From IMG/VR virus record IMGVR_UViG_3300027533_000247, positions 1 to 46,841 of that record: DNA of 46,841 nucleotides, one strand, 5' to 3'. Below are positions 10,065 to 19,574 of this stretch, in pieces. The notes under the pieces are model-generated. The model saw nothing but the letters and a program-made list of their open reading frames with translations, was not told the origin of the DNA and made no database searches. The position numbers and the translations under genes were made by a program. This stretch comes from a virus. Lineage: Duplodnaviria; Caudoviricetes. Each line of letters starts with the position of its first letter. The first letter of the stretch is position 1.

Positions 10065-11353
10065 TTTTGCTTTCTATTTCCTTTACCTGCAAGATATTCT
10101 TGAAGTTGTGTTACTTGTATTTCCGGCATTCTATATATGGTTCCATTTTCCTTAGTCTCAGTTGTAATCATACCCGCAACATGAAAAGATTCCATGATAA
10201 AGTCTAATTCTTCAATACTCCCGTAATGGGCGTAAAATTTCTTAGTAAGCATTTGACGTGATATGATATGATTTTCTCTTACATTTAACAATTCATTAAT
10301 GATTAATGCCTTAAGATTGCTAGACGTAGATAATCCATTTTTTCCAGCAACGGTTTTCCTTACGTTACCGAGTAATTGCTCACATACTCTAATTGCCTCA
10401 TTCATCGCACTAACACTTATCTCGAGTTTTGGAGCTTCTGCAAGTGACAACAACATAGCTACTTTCAGAACACTATCACCAAAGCGGTTCAATGTCCCTG
10501 TTTCATCTTTAACTTCTTGACTGTCTACTGTGTCAAGGAAATCGTCATACCATTGATGATACAAGTGGCCTACTTCACTTGCATAATGAGTTTTATCATT
10601 TACTTTAGTTGGGAATTTGTAGTAGTCATCTTCAATGAGACTGGATAAGTATTTAAATGGGCCTTTTAATTTGCTTACCTCTTTTAGATATTTAGCCGAT
10701 TCCTCATAATTGGGAATTTCATCTGGTTGGAATACAAGACTATTTCGCTTATTCCTCTTTGATTCGTGTATGATGAATGTTCTAGCGAAGAATCCCCCCT
10801 TAACCGCTGAGGAATTAAGTAAGTCATCTGACATAGCCTCATTAGTTCCACTTAACATGGATACGACAGGAGAATCTAATTTGAATGTGTCAGACTTAAG
10901 TAAAGAGCGCCATTCGCCTTCATTATAATTACGGTCAAATAAATCCGTTAGGATTTTAGTTGCTGCTGGATCTTCCACTAATGACGAACTAAGCTCTGAC
11001 GAGGAAATGAATACACTATTTCCATTCTTTTTAACTGTTCCCCCCGGAATAGTATACATTGTTCCCATGTCTTTCAATATAGCTTGTATGGAACTGCGCC
11101 CCTTGATTATGTTCGTATTTCCTACAGAATGGACTAACTTATTAGCCATGTTGATTGGGGGGCCTTTTTTGATACCGGATTCTCCATATAACATTACGTA
11201 TATATTGGGATAAATTTTGTAAAACCATCTATCTAAATATATTTGGTCTCTCATAACTGCGGACAATGCAGCTAGTGCAGCCCACCTCCAATAGTTAAGC
11301 GGACTTTCGAAATCTTCGTGCTGTTTGATTATACCATCTAACCAATTGGGCAT
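10061..11353 (-). CDS. P-loop replicative helicase/primase-associated protein (DUF3987-like)
   Basis: NIYVMLYGESGIKKG Walker-A variant, GFFAR arginine motif and a probable C-terminal winged helix. Sits near the polymerase. Confidence 0.65.
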   Translation of the reverse strand: MPNWLDGIIKQHEDFESPLNYWRWAALAALSAVMRDQIYLDRWFYKIYPNIYVMLYGESGIKKGPPINMANKLVHSVGNTNIIKGRSSIQAILKDMGTMYTIPGGTVKKNGNSVFISSSELSSSLVEDPAATKILTDLFDRNYNEGEWRSLLKSDTFKLDSPVVSMLSGTNEAMSDDLLNSSAVKGGFFARTFIIHESKRNKRNSLVFQPDEIPNYEESAKYLKEVSKLKGPFKYLSSLIEDDYYKFPTKVNDKTHYASEVGHLYHQWYDDFLDTVDSQEVKDETGTLNRFGDSVLKVAMLLSLAEAPKLEISVSAMNEAIRVCEQLLGNVRKTVAGKNGLSTSSNLKALIINELLNVRENHIISRQMLTKKFYAHYGSIEELDFIMESFHVAGMITTETKENGTIYRMPEIQVTQLQEYLAGKGNRKQK

Positions 11354-11356
11354 TTA

Positions 11357-11566
11357 TTACCAACGATCAATTTCGGTGTAATAGCCGTTAATATCTTTAA
11401 TTTCTAAACAAACTGCTTCACCAGATAATAATGTTACTTGTTTAATTGCAAGTATTAAATTCTTAGCATCTTCAATATTATTAATTTTAATTGGTTTAAA
11501 ATCTCCTGCTGATGAATATTCTATTTCACATGTATTATCTCTTTCATTTAATTCTATTCTAACCAT
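11357..11566 (-). CDS. Hypothetical protein
   Basis: ORF with a GGAAG RBS. Confidence 0.55.
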   Translation of the reverse strand: MVRIELNERDNTCEIEYSSAGDFKPIKINNIEDAKNLILAIKQVTLLSGEAVCLEIKDINGYYTEIDRW

Positions 11567-11729
11567 TTATTCTTCCTTCACAATCAAAGGCTTCAATTCC
11601 ACCACCATAATATAATTACATATGGGGCAGTTAATGTCACCAATCCGATTAGTTCGGAAGGATAATGTATCATGGATTGGATTCAAACAAATGACGTTTT
11701 TCCAGGTGCGTTCAAAATTGATGAGGTTT

Positions 11730-11942
11730 TCATTTGTTGGATTCATTTTTTACTTTCTCAAAAGAACGATATAAAGCACAACATACATTTCTATCTTTAC
11801 CATTAGGATCTACAAACCATAAATCATCCCCATATCCCATATCACTATCCTCATGGCAAGATATGCAACATTCTTCAAACTTAATATTTGGAAATTCTTT
11901 TTTAACTATTTCGCATTCCATCTTATTGCTTTCTTTTTTCAT
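11730..11942 (-). CDS. Small Cys-rich hypothetical protein
   Basis: CCISCH...VCC motif. Confidence 0.55.
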   Translation of the reverse strand: MKKESNKMECEIVKKEFPNIKFEECCISCHEDSDMGYGDDLWFVDPNGKDRNVCCALYRSFEKVKNESNK

Positions 11943-12258
11943 ATTCTTCTTTTAAAACTATTAAACTACTCATATGCATTAACATTTTATCTTCATTTTC
12001 ATTAATCCAATATTCAATAACCTCAATTTCGGTTAATTGACTTTTCTTACATTCTTCTTTTAATTGCTTAGGAAACATATTTTTCAATTCCTTATAAACA
12101 TCTAAAAGTTCACATTCATGAAATAAATGATCTTTATCATCATGATACTTAATTTGATTAATTACGAATTGGTCTAATATATTACGTAATTGAACGTATA
12201 ATTCTCTATCTTTTTCATTTTTAATATTTCTGAAATCTGTAATCATTTTAAACTCCAA
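11923..12258 (-). CDS. Hypothetical protein
   Basis: ORF immediately downstream of the polymerase. Confidence 0.5.
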   Translation of the reverse strand: MEFKMITDFRNIKNEKDRELYVQLRNILDQFVINQIKYHDDKDHLFHECELLDVYKELKNMFPKQLKEECKKSQLTEIEVIEYWINENEDKMLMHMSSLIVLKEEYEKRKQ

Positions 12259-14737
12259 TTAAAGGTTGTTCTAATTTAAACTTCGACATTTCCTGATAAT
12301 TATTTCCTACTTCTATTTCGCATGGAATTACCAAATCGCGGCGTGGTAATGAACAATTTTTAAACGATATTGGCCTTTCCATCTCCTGCTTCATTATTGG
12401 AGTCCACTCGGATAAGCGCACTTTAGGAATACAAAATAATAAACTGTCATGTGCTTCCATTACTATTTTGATGTTTGGAATTTTTTCCCTAATTCTAATA
12501 CCGGCACCCTTAGTGTTATCGGAAACAGTCCTTTGGGGTATATAACTAAATGCTTGTCTAAAGAGTTCATCTGACCAACGCTCGTGAAATACGCGCCGCC
12601 CTCCATAATCCACTCCAAATCCATATGGCATCCCTGCAAACAATGTTCTATTTTTTTCAAGAGCTTGTATGATACCATTCTGAAATACACCTTTAATTTT
12701 GGGTTGTTTATTATGAAATACTTTAAGTGCTAAATCAGCATCTTTTTGTAAGATGCGAATATCAATTTTATATTTACGTGCTTGTGTATTTACTTCAGTT
12801 ACTGCTCTTTTTGCAGATGCTCCTAAATGTCCTGCATGTCTTAATGTTTTTCCCAAGAATCTTTGCGGACATTCATAACCTAAAACTTTCTTTGACCATG
12901 TATTTTCAGTTCCACCTAAAAACCATGATGCTGTAAGTGCGTGGAAATCATGCTTATCAATAGCTTCTAACGCCCATTCATCATCCGCCAACAAGAATAT
13001 GACTCGCGCTTCAGCTTGTGACGAATCTAATTGTACGAATATTTCATCCTCGTTATCGGGAATATACATAGAGCGTATATCCTTACCAGCTTCGGAGTGC
13101 TTAGTCATCGTTTGGAAGGCGACACCTAATACTTTATCCTTCTTTTTATTGTTGAAATCAAGAACTTCAATAGTCGGCCTAATTGGGGGATCTTGTTGTC
13201 CTGTTGAACTCCTACCTGTGTCTAAACAGGGAAAATATGTAGTTCTCATCTTACCGTCGAAATCCTTAACAGCCATGAGTGACGTTCCAATGGCCTTTTC
13301 TACTTGTCTACCCAAAAGTATTAATTCAATACAATTACGATGGGACTGGTCACTAACACCTTTTGTTTGCAAATTGAGAAGGGAAGTAAGTGCTTCTTCT
13401 CCAGTTCCCCCCTTGTTAGGATATTTCCAATTATGATATAAAAGTATCTCAACTTGCTTGGGTGAATTATAATTAACTTCCGCCCCAACAATTTTGAAAA
13501 TTTCATATTTAATATTTTCTGACCACTTAATGTATTTACTAATAAGTTCTCGTCGTCGATTCTCATCAACCACCATTCCTTGCTTTTCCATTTCCCAATA
13601 TAAATCAGGAAATTTCATTAAAAAGTTTCTGTAATAACTATCTTGTTTAATATGTGATAGTTCAATTTCAGTTACTTCATCAATCTCTTTAGTGACACAT
13701 GCATCCCTCGCACAACCAATGAATAAATCTTCATATGTGCCTTCATACATTCCCTCGTTTTTGTAGAAGGGTTCTAATGTGCGGACACTTTGATTGAACG
13801 ATAATTTCTTGGGAAATTCAGGATGTAATGCTTGTGCCTTTAACATTATATCTGATTTTAAATTCTTTACGTTGAATCCTAAACGTAATATTTTATCCCT
13901 ATCATAATTGAAGTTTTGACCTATTATATTGTGATTATTTAGAATGTCATTAATGATTATCCATCCTAGTGTCAATTCACTTTCGGGAAGGTTTGAGATT
14001 TTATCCTTATTCCATAATGGGAACGTTAAACCATGAGAGGGTGTAAAAGAGAATCCTATACAAACTGGTAAATAGTGTCCCCCCGCTTCAATGTCTACTG
14101 CTACATCACGTATATGCTTATACTTATTCCAAAAGTCCATTAAATCATTGGATGATCTGGCTACCTGTAATGTTCTCTTGGGGATAGAATCAAATGTAGG
14201 CGTAAATGATTCCTTACATGCTCTTTTCAAGTCAAATAGAATTAATACTTTATGCCAATATCCTATAAATTCCACATCAGTGGCTTGCCAATTTAAATGT
14301 GCGGGGTTATATGTACCTATGAATTTGCAGCCCATTCCCGATAGGATTGACCCACGATAATCATCTAGACTTTTCTTTCCCGTTATGTATGTTAGAGCAG
14401 TTTTACCTATTCCTATGATTAGATTTGGTTTAATTTGATTTACTTCATTTTGCAATTCTATGATGCATTGTTCTAAATCTACTCCGGTGGTCGCCGCTCG
14501 TGTAGAGAAGGGAATTCTGAATCCTGCTTTAGTCTTAGGACTTCCTGGAACATGAAACTTAGATACAGTTGTAAGCCAACAATTGGACTTGTTAATTCCT
14601 GCCTGATGGAGTATTTCATCTAAATCTCGTGAATCAGAAAATGGTTTGCCTGATGCTGTATCTCTTAGTGTCGGGCATTCTCCTACAATCATTATTTTTG
14701 GATTGGAATTGTTTGAATAGCCCGGTGTATACTTCAC
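12248..14737 (-). CDS. polA: Family A DNA polymerase with an N-terminal uracil-DNA-glycosylase-like domain and a 3'-5' exonuclease
   Basis: UDG-like IMIVGECP...GKPF...TYNPA; ExoI VDIE and ExoII QNFNYD; TGRSS; motif A DSSQAEAR; motif B RFLGKTLRHAGHLG; motif C AHDS. Confidence 0.92.
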   Translation of the reverse strand: MKYTPGYSNNSNPKIMIVGECPTLRDTASGKPFSDSRDLDEILHQAGINKSNCWLTTVSKFHVPGSPKTKAGFRIPFSTRAATTGVDLEQCIIELQNEVNQIKPNLIIGIGKTALTYITGKKSLDDYRGSILSGMGCKFIGTYNPAHLNWQATDVEFIGYWHKVLILFDLKRACKESFTPTFDSIPKRTLQVARSSNDLMDFWNKYKHIRDVAVDIEAGGHYLPVCIGFSFTPSHGLTFPLWNKDKISNLPESELTLGWIIINDILNNHNIIGQNFNYDRDKILRLGFNVKNLKSDIMLKAQALHPEFPKKLSFNQSVRTLEPFYKNEGMYEGTYEDLFIGCARDACVTKEIDEVTEIELSHIKQDSYYRNFLMKFPDLYWEMEKQGMVVDENRRRELISKYIKWSENIKYEIFKIVGAEVNYNSPKQVEILLYHNWKYPNKGGTGEEALTSLLNLQTKGVSDQSHRNCIELILLGRQVEKAIGTSLMAVKDFDGKMRTTYFPCLDTGRSSTGQQDPPIRPTIEVLDFNNKKKDKVLGVAFQTMTKHSEAGKDIRSMYIPDNEDEIFVQLDSSQAEARVIFLLADDEWALEAIDKHDFHALTASWFLGGTENTWSKKVLGYECPQRFLGKTLRHAGHLGASAKRAVTEVNTQARKYKIDIRILQKDADLALKVFHNKQPKIKGVFQNGIIQALEKNRTLFAGMPYGFGVDYGGRRVFHERWSDELFRQAFSYIPQRTVSDNTKGAGIRIREKIPNIKIVMEAHDSLLFCIPKVRLSEWTPIMKQEMERPISFKNCSLPRRDLVIPCEIEVGNNYQEMSKFKLEQPLIGV

Positions 14738-15082
14738 TTTTCTAATTCCCTAATACTATTATTAATTTTTTCGATTAATTCTTTAGCTTCATGAATTTTA
14801 AGATTAAAAATTTCAATTTTCATACTGCCATCTTCAGCAAAACAAATAGATACATAATTTGGTTTAAATGCATCAGGTGATTTAACTGCTGTAGTCATTG
14901 TATTCATCTATCAACCTCATTAATCAATTTCCTAATGACTTCCTCAAATGTGATTCTTGCATCTCTCATATGATGCGCGATGCGGCCAATCAAGTATGAC
15001 CTATCACATTCAAAACATGATTCTGAACATTCTCGCGCTTCATCTTGGGTAAGGGGTTTATCACAGTCCATACATTTAGTCA

Positions 15083-15304
15083 TTATTCCTTCCCCGCCAC
15101 CATATAAGGTAATACTCTAGCAGCCTTCTTATTCTTTTCTAAGAACTTAAATGCAGCAGGATATTCACCATCTAGTAATTGCATACTAATTCTAATTCCC
15201 ATGTTTAATCCAAATTGGAATATTCCTACTAAGGCTAACACAAGCCCCACGCCTGTAAAGAATGCTGTATACCATAATTCATTTGTCATTTGAATCCCCC
15301 ACAT
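15083..15304 (-). CDS. Membrane protein
   Basis: Hydrophobic stretch AFFTGVGLVLALVGIFQFGL. Confidence 0.55.
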   Translation of the reverse strand: MWGIQMTNELWYTAFFTGVGLVLALVGIFQFGLNMGIRISMQLLDGEYPAAFKFLEKNKKAARVLPYMVAGKE

Positions 15305-15476
15305 TTGTAATCATTCCGTGTTTCTTAGGATTTCCACTAATCTTAATTCCATCTATGTCAATATAATTACCTGTTCTAAGTTCTTCATTTGAAGCAGGTG
15401 TAATAATATAAATTGTATGTTTATCTGCTTCTTCTGTTGTAATGATTGGGAGCAGGGGTGATTTATTTGTCATCAT
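15279..15476 (-). CDS. Hypothetical protein
   Basis: ORF with an AGGAG RBS. Confidence 0.55.
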   Translation of the reverse strand: MMTNKSPLLPIITTEEADKHTIYIITPASNEELRTGNYIDIDGIKISGNPKKHGMITNVGDSNDK

Positions 15477-15551
15477 CTACTCCTACTATTAATCTTACAA
15501 TTATGAGTCCAATAAAAATGAAAACTATGATTATGCCTAGAATTAATCCTT

Positions 15552-15866
15552 TCATTCCATCACCTTTATTTTAATAGCCTGATAACCGGGTCTGTATTGA
15601 GCCTTAATTAATTGAAATTCAACTCTCATTCTTTTCCGTAATTCTGGAAATCTTAATGTATCTTGTTTCAGTCCAGTCCAATGAAAGAATATACGTTCAA
15701 AGGGTAATTGTTCCGATGTAATGAATCCATATCCCTCTTTACGCACATTTGAGATTACACCGGATATGTTATCTCCTATTTGTGCCTTAGTTAATTCTTC
15801 TTCTTTCTTTTCTTCAACTCGTAGTTTACCTCGTGTGAGGTCATTCATTTTTTCCCAAATGCTCAT
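15552..15866 (-). CDS. Cold-shock domain protein
   Basis: KEGYGFI (RNP1), IFFHWT (RNP2) and RVEFQL. Confidence 0.9.
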   Translation of the reverse strand: MSIWEKMNDLTRGKLRVEEKKEEELTKAQIGDNISGVISNVRKEGYGFITSEQLPFERIFFHWTGLKQDTLRFPELRKRMRVEFQLIKAQYRPGYQAIKIKVME

Positions 15867-16059
15867 TTATTCCACCTATTGTTCACGTTCATCATACAAA
15901 GCAATGTAATGATCCCCATACAACTTAACCTTACTTACCTTTAATCCGGGTTTAATATCCCCAATAACTTCTTTATGCCAATTGGCCTTATCTTTAATGT
16001 ATAATTTATCTATTACATCTTTTAATTGCTGTAATGTCATAAAAGTTTCATATTAATTA

Positions 16060-16100
16060 GGTCATCCCCATCAAAATCTGAGATTTCAACAGGGATGACC
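16060..16100 (-). terminator. Stem-loop (terminator or processing hairpin)
   Basis: GGTCATCCC 16060-16068 / GGGATGACC 16092-16100. Confidence 0.55.
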
Positions 16101-16103
16101 CTA

Positions 16104-16274
16104 TCACCATACAACTTTTCGGCCAACCAAGGCGATAATAAACTCCCAATCTTAGTAAAACGACCGCTCGATTACTATTATTGGTTCCTACCTCCATAAC
16201 GACTCAATGAGGAATTGAATTATTATGTTCCCTATAGGTGAGTTTATAGTTTATTTTATCCAGTTATATGATGA
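16104..16274 (-). ncRNA. Candidate multi-branched ncRNA (~170 nt)
   Basis: Closing 13-bp stem 16104-16116/16262-16274, second stem 16138-16145/16240-16247 and two internal arms. Several apparent mismatches become G-U pairs only on the - strand. Confidence 0.65.
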
Positions 16275-16280
16275 ATCTGT

Positions 16281-16427
16281 TTAAGCAAAATCATCCACAT
16301 CTTCATCTGTATCTACTGAATCTTCATCGTCTATGTCGTCATCTTCTTCTGTTTCATCTACGTCATCATCCATAGGTAATATCTCATCATTTAATATCTT
16401 ATCATCTGGATTGTTATCTGTTGGCAT
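16281..16427 (-). CDS. Hyper-acidic 48-aa peptide (not in the ORF track)
   Basis: MPTDNNPDDKILNDEILPMDDDVDETEEDDDIDDEDSVDTDEDVDDFA; the ATG is 2 nt after the upstream stop. Confidence 0.7.
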   Translation of the reverse strand: MPTDNNPDDKILNDEILPMDDDVDETEEDDDIDDEDSVDTDEDVDDFA

Positions 16428-16429
16428 AA

Positions 16430-16786
16430 TTACTTCAACCCCCTAAACCTTTGTTCCATTGACATGTTAAACTGAAGTGATTCAAGTAAACTTAATTGAC
16501 GCCGCATTTCATTCGATTCAGTAATAATTGATTCATACTGATTATTTAGAAATTCATCAGATAAATTACGAATCAGAGTTCTATTACCTGCGATGAATAC
16601 GTAAGATGTGACTGAAGCGCGATGGGGTTCTTGTGGTGCTTGTGCCTGTTGAGGGTTATTTGGGGGATTTACAAAAATTGTATCTCCACTTTTAACATTC
16701 TTCATTGCTTCCCCTAATGATTCGTATGCAGGCTTACGTCGAGTATTCTTACGCTTCTTCCTAGGTCTACCTAATTTCTTAGCCAT
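16430..16786 (-). CDS. Basic N-terminal (AT-hook-like GRPRK) protein
   Basis: MAKKLGRPRKKRKNTRRKP; GGAG RBS; C-terminal coiled coil. Confidence 0.6.
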   Translation of the reverse strand: MAKKLGRPRKKRKNTRRKPAYESLGEAMKNVKSGDTIFVNPPNNPQQAQAPQEPHRASVTSYVFIAGNRTLIRNLSDEFLNNQYESIITESNEMRRQLSLLESLQFNMSMEQRFRGLK

Positions 16787-16807
16787 TCAATTATCTCCAT
16801 GAAAATT

Positions 16808-16837
16808 GGTGTGACCCATATTTCTACAGGTCACACC
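16808..16837 (-). terminator. Rho-independent terminator-like hairpin
   Basis: GGTGTGACC/GGTCACACC 9-bp stem followed by AATTTT on the - strand, downstream of the SSB-like gene. Confidence 0.6.
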
Positions 16838-16928
16838 CTAATTCAACTACAAATGCGCTCCTACCTTTTACCTAAATCCAAGGTATCGCTTAGGGTTCAT
16901 TATGTAGTATTAACGCGCATCCAATTAA

Positions 16929-17336
16929 TTAAGCAACACGAGGCAGTCTAAACTTCCCATTCACCTTGTTATTCTGCCTGCCATCAAACAAGACATTTTC
17001 AATGTAAACGTCAAGTTCCTTACCAACAGCAGGAGTAAAACTAAAACGCTTACCTACAACAATATCTTCCTCTGGAGTTCCGAGCGCGACGAAGAATCCC
17101 CTAGCAGGAGCCATCCACTTAGAATTAAAGCTCCAACGAATAGGATGATCCTCATACTTCCTATCACCATCATCTGCATTGAACAGAATAGTTCCATTAA
17201 TCCAATGGTTAGTGGAACCCCCATCCTTAGAGGGTTCGGTAGTGGTTTCATCAATACGAACCCTATACCATGCAGGCTCATACACTTTACCCGAAACTAA
17301 GTCCTTCTTCGTGAATTCAAAAATTGAATCTTCCAT
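16929..17336 (-). CDS. SSB-like OB-fold protein (DUF669-like)
   Basis: YEPAWYRVRI...SKDG...VGKELDVYI...GRQNNKV pattern; downstream of the Sak4-like ATPase. Confidence 0.6.
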   Translation of the reverse strand: MEDSIFEFTKKDLVSGKVYEPAWYRVRIDETTTEPSKDGGSTNHWINGTILFNADDGDRKYEDHPIRWSFNSKWMAPARGFFVALGTPEEDIVVGKRFSFTPAVGKELDVYIENVLFDGRQNNKVNGKFRLPRVA

Positions 17337-17520
17337 GTTATGTTCTCTCTTTTGTTTGTGTTACGGTTGTTTGTTTGTATCTGATTTTATTGTCTTTTTC
17401 CCTTTGTGCTTGTTTGTGCTTTATTTAAAATATCGTCTCGTAACTTACTAATTCGTTCGTATTCTTCTTTGGGTGTACAAATTTTGTAAACTTCATAAAT
17501 TTTGCAATCGCATTTGGGTT

Positions 17521-18300
17521 TCATTTGAACTTATCCAATGCAGGCTTAATCCACTTGCTATATAATGGGTCATTACCGAATATGATTTCAGGTTCCAATC
17601 CAATACTACTTCGGGCGAAGTCATCACCTGTATGTGTCGTTTTTAATCCGTATTGTCCGCCTTTAGCCAAATCCATTCCAGTCACAATGTTAAAGTGATA
17701 TATCTCCGAGCAGTAGGCGGGTATCTTCTGTGCAATATTTTTACCTGCTGTAACTAATACTCTGGACATATGCGTCTGTCCATTTGAGGATTTTACTTCC
17801 TTCTGAATGATATGTCCGATTAAGATTATGTTTACTTTGTGGAATTCTTTAATATCCTTAGTTAATGCAATTAGTTCGGCAATGGCTGCTGATTCCGCAT
17901 TATATTCATCGAATCCACTTACAGGGATAGTTCCAATTTTCTTTCCACCCCCATCTTTGAATTTTAGTGTTTGTCTAATTGCACCATCTGCCATTGATGT
18001 GATACTGTCGATTACTATTGTCTTATACTTGCAATTAACTTGGAATGATTCTAATTTTAATCTAGCTTTGTCCCAATCTTTGTATATGTCATATTCAATT
18101 GTGGTAGGGTCAATACCCCAAGCGCGCAGGGGTAATTCTAACGCATCCATCTTCATATCCCAATCGAAATAATAGATTGGGCCTGGAAAAGATAATGCTG
18201 CTGTGGACTTCCTAGTTCCTGGTTCACCTTTAAAGAGACAATAAAGTGAATCGAACTTTCTTGTTGACATGTTACTCATTACTACCACCAAACTTATCAA
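17521..18300 (-). CDS. AAA_24 / Sak4-like ATPase (recombination)
   Basis: Walker A GEPGTRKS, Walker B TIVIDSIT and IILIGH; probable start MSNMS at 18279. Confidence 0.8.
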   Translation of the reverse strand: MISLVVVMSNMSTRKFDSLYCLFKGEPGTRKSTAALSFPGPIYYFDWDMKMDALELPLRAWGIDPTTIEYDIYKDWDKARLKLESFQVNCKYKTIVIDSITSMADGAIRQTLKFKDGGGKKIGTIPVSGFDEYNAESAAIAELIALTKDIKEFHKVNIILIGHIIQKEVKSSNGQTHMSRVLVTAGKNIAQKIPAYCSEIYHFNIVTGMDLAKGGQYGLKTTHTGDDFARSSIGLEPEIIFGNDPLYSKWIKPALDKFK

Positions 18301-18514
18301 TTAATTCTTGTCCCAAAACAGCTAACCTAATTTCCATTGGAAAGAGTCCTTTTCTAGATGTTAAGTCTGATTCAGCATACCAAATTTTTTCTTTATTTCT
18401 AGTTAACTCAATAATTTCGGTGGTAATATCTGGACTTAACTCTAAATCTTGAAATTGTCTCTCTAATGTAATTTGTATTTTAATAATTTTAGTTTTATTC
18501 AATTTTAACTCCAA
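18272..18514 (-). CDS. Hypothetical protein
   Basis: ORF in the packed operon; start uncertain. Confidence 0.4.
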   Translation of the reverse strand: MELKLNKTKIIKIQITLERQFQDLELSPDITTEIIELTRNKEKIWYAESDLTSRKGLFPMEIRLAVLGQELIDKFGGSNE

Positions 18515-18859
18515 ACAACAGTTACGTGTATCCCTAATATCCCAACAGACGCCGATGTTGACAATATATCTTTATCCAGCTCACAATTTAAAAACGTGAA
18601 ACACACATATCGACGACTAAATGCATAATCGTGGTCGATTCTGAATAGTGCGTTGAACGATTTGAAATTGTATTGGAACATATTAATTATCCAAAGAATG
18701 CCAAATAAGTAATTAATTCAGTAAAAGATTCCTCTAATAACTTTAATTTCTCACCCCTATATTCTTGGGGTGAAATTTCTCCATCCTTCTTTTGTTTATT
18801 TAAAATGTTTAATTTATTTAAATATTTATTTTTAATTTCATTATATTCTGTATGCATGA

Positions 18860-19033
18860 TTATCCATTATGCAATTGTTCAATCACATGACAACAACTAT
18901 CATGTGCTATGTTTCCTACTATAAATCCGAATCCGAATATAACTAAGACAAGGAATAACATAATCCAGAATTCATTGTCTCTTATTACGCGCTTATTTAT
19001 ACTTGTAATTAGAGGATCATTTTTGTATGTCAT
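18860..19033 (-). CDS. Membrane protein
   Basis: TM helix FWIMLFLVLVIFGFGFIVG; start probably MTYKND. Confidence 0.55.
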   Translation of the reverse strand: MTYKNDPLITSINKRVIRDNEFWIMLFLVLVIFGFGFIVGNIAHDSCCHVIEQLHNG

Positions 19034-19034
19034 A

Positions 19035-19271
19035 TTAAAATACCAACATATTTTGAATTTCTTTAATTGCTTCTTGAATTCTATTATTACGTCCCTTAAT
19101 ATTATCAATGATAGCTTGTCTAGTCGTTTCTTGTCCCCATGCTATGTAAGGTTCATTCATTTTCTCTTGGGATAATCCCTTAAATTCTAATTCAAATCTA
19201 TATAAATTATCCCCATCTAATTGATGGTCTAATGCTTTAAGCACTAAATCTTTAGTTGATTGTTTAATCAT
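19035..19271 (-). CDS. Hypothetical protein
   Basis: ATGA-coupled ORF. Confidence 0.55.
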   Translation of the reverse strand: MIKQSTKDLVLKALDHQLDGDNLYRFELEFKGLSQEKMNEPYIAWGQETTRQAIIDNIKGRNNRIQEAIKEIQNMLVF

Positions 19272-19570
19272 AATTCCTCAAGTAGTTCAGCTAACTTATC
19301 CAATTCTGGCTTATTCCGTCTAATTATACACTCCTGACAGTGGGGTCGGGCATGTGTTACTGTTTCTTTATCTAATATCATTGGCCTATGACATTTATTA
19401 CATTCACATAATTTTCCAAGCGCGCGAACTAATGGTATCCAATGTGAACATGTAGGAGATTGACATTCAAAAACAAGATATGGGTCTGCACCGCGCTTTA
19501 CCTTATACGATGGAACTAGGTTTATACGCTTGTATAGATGAATGTGTTTGGGCAATTTAAGTTTAGTCAT
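19268..19570 (-). CDS. Zinc-finger protein
   Basis: HxHxY...CxxxxCxH...CxxC...CxxC. Confidence 0.65.
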   Translation of the reverse strand: MTKLKLPKHIHLYKRINLVPSYKVKRGADPYLVFECQSPTCSHWIPLVRALGKLCECNKCHRPMILDKETVTHARPHCQECIIRRNKPELDKLAELLEEL

Positions 19571-19574
19571 TGTT

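Noticed and set aside
17521-18300. ATPase as the phage's own sigma54 activator
   Set aside because: It has no GAFTGA loop or HTH, and its motifs fit the AAA_24/Sak4 family.
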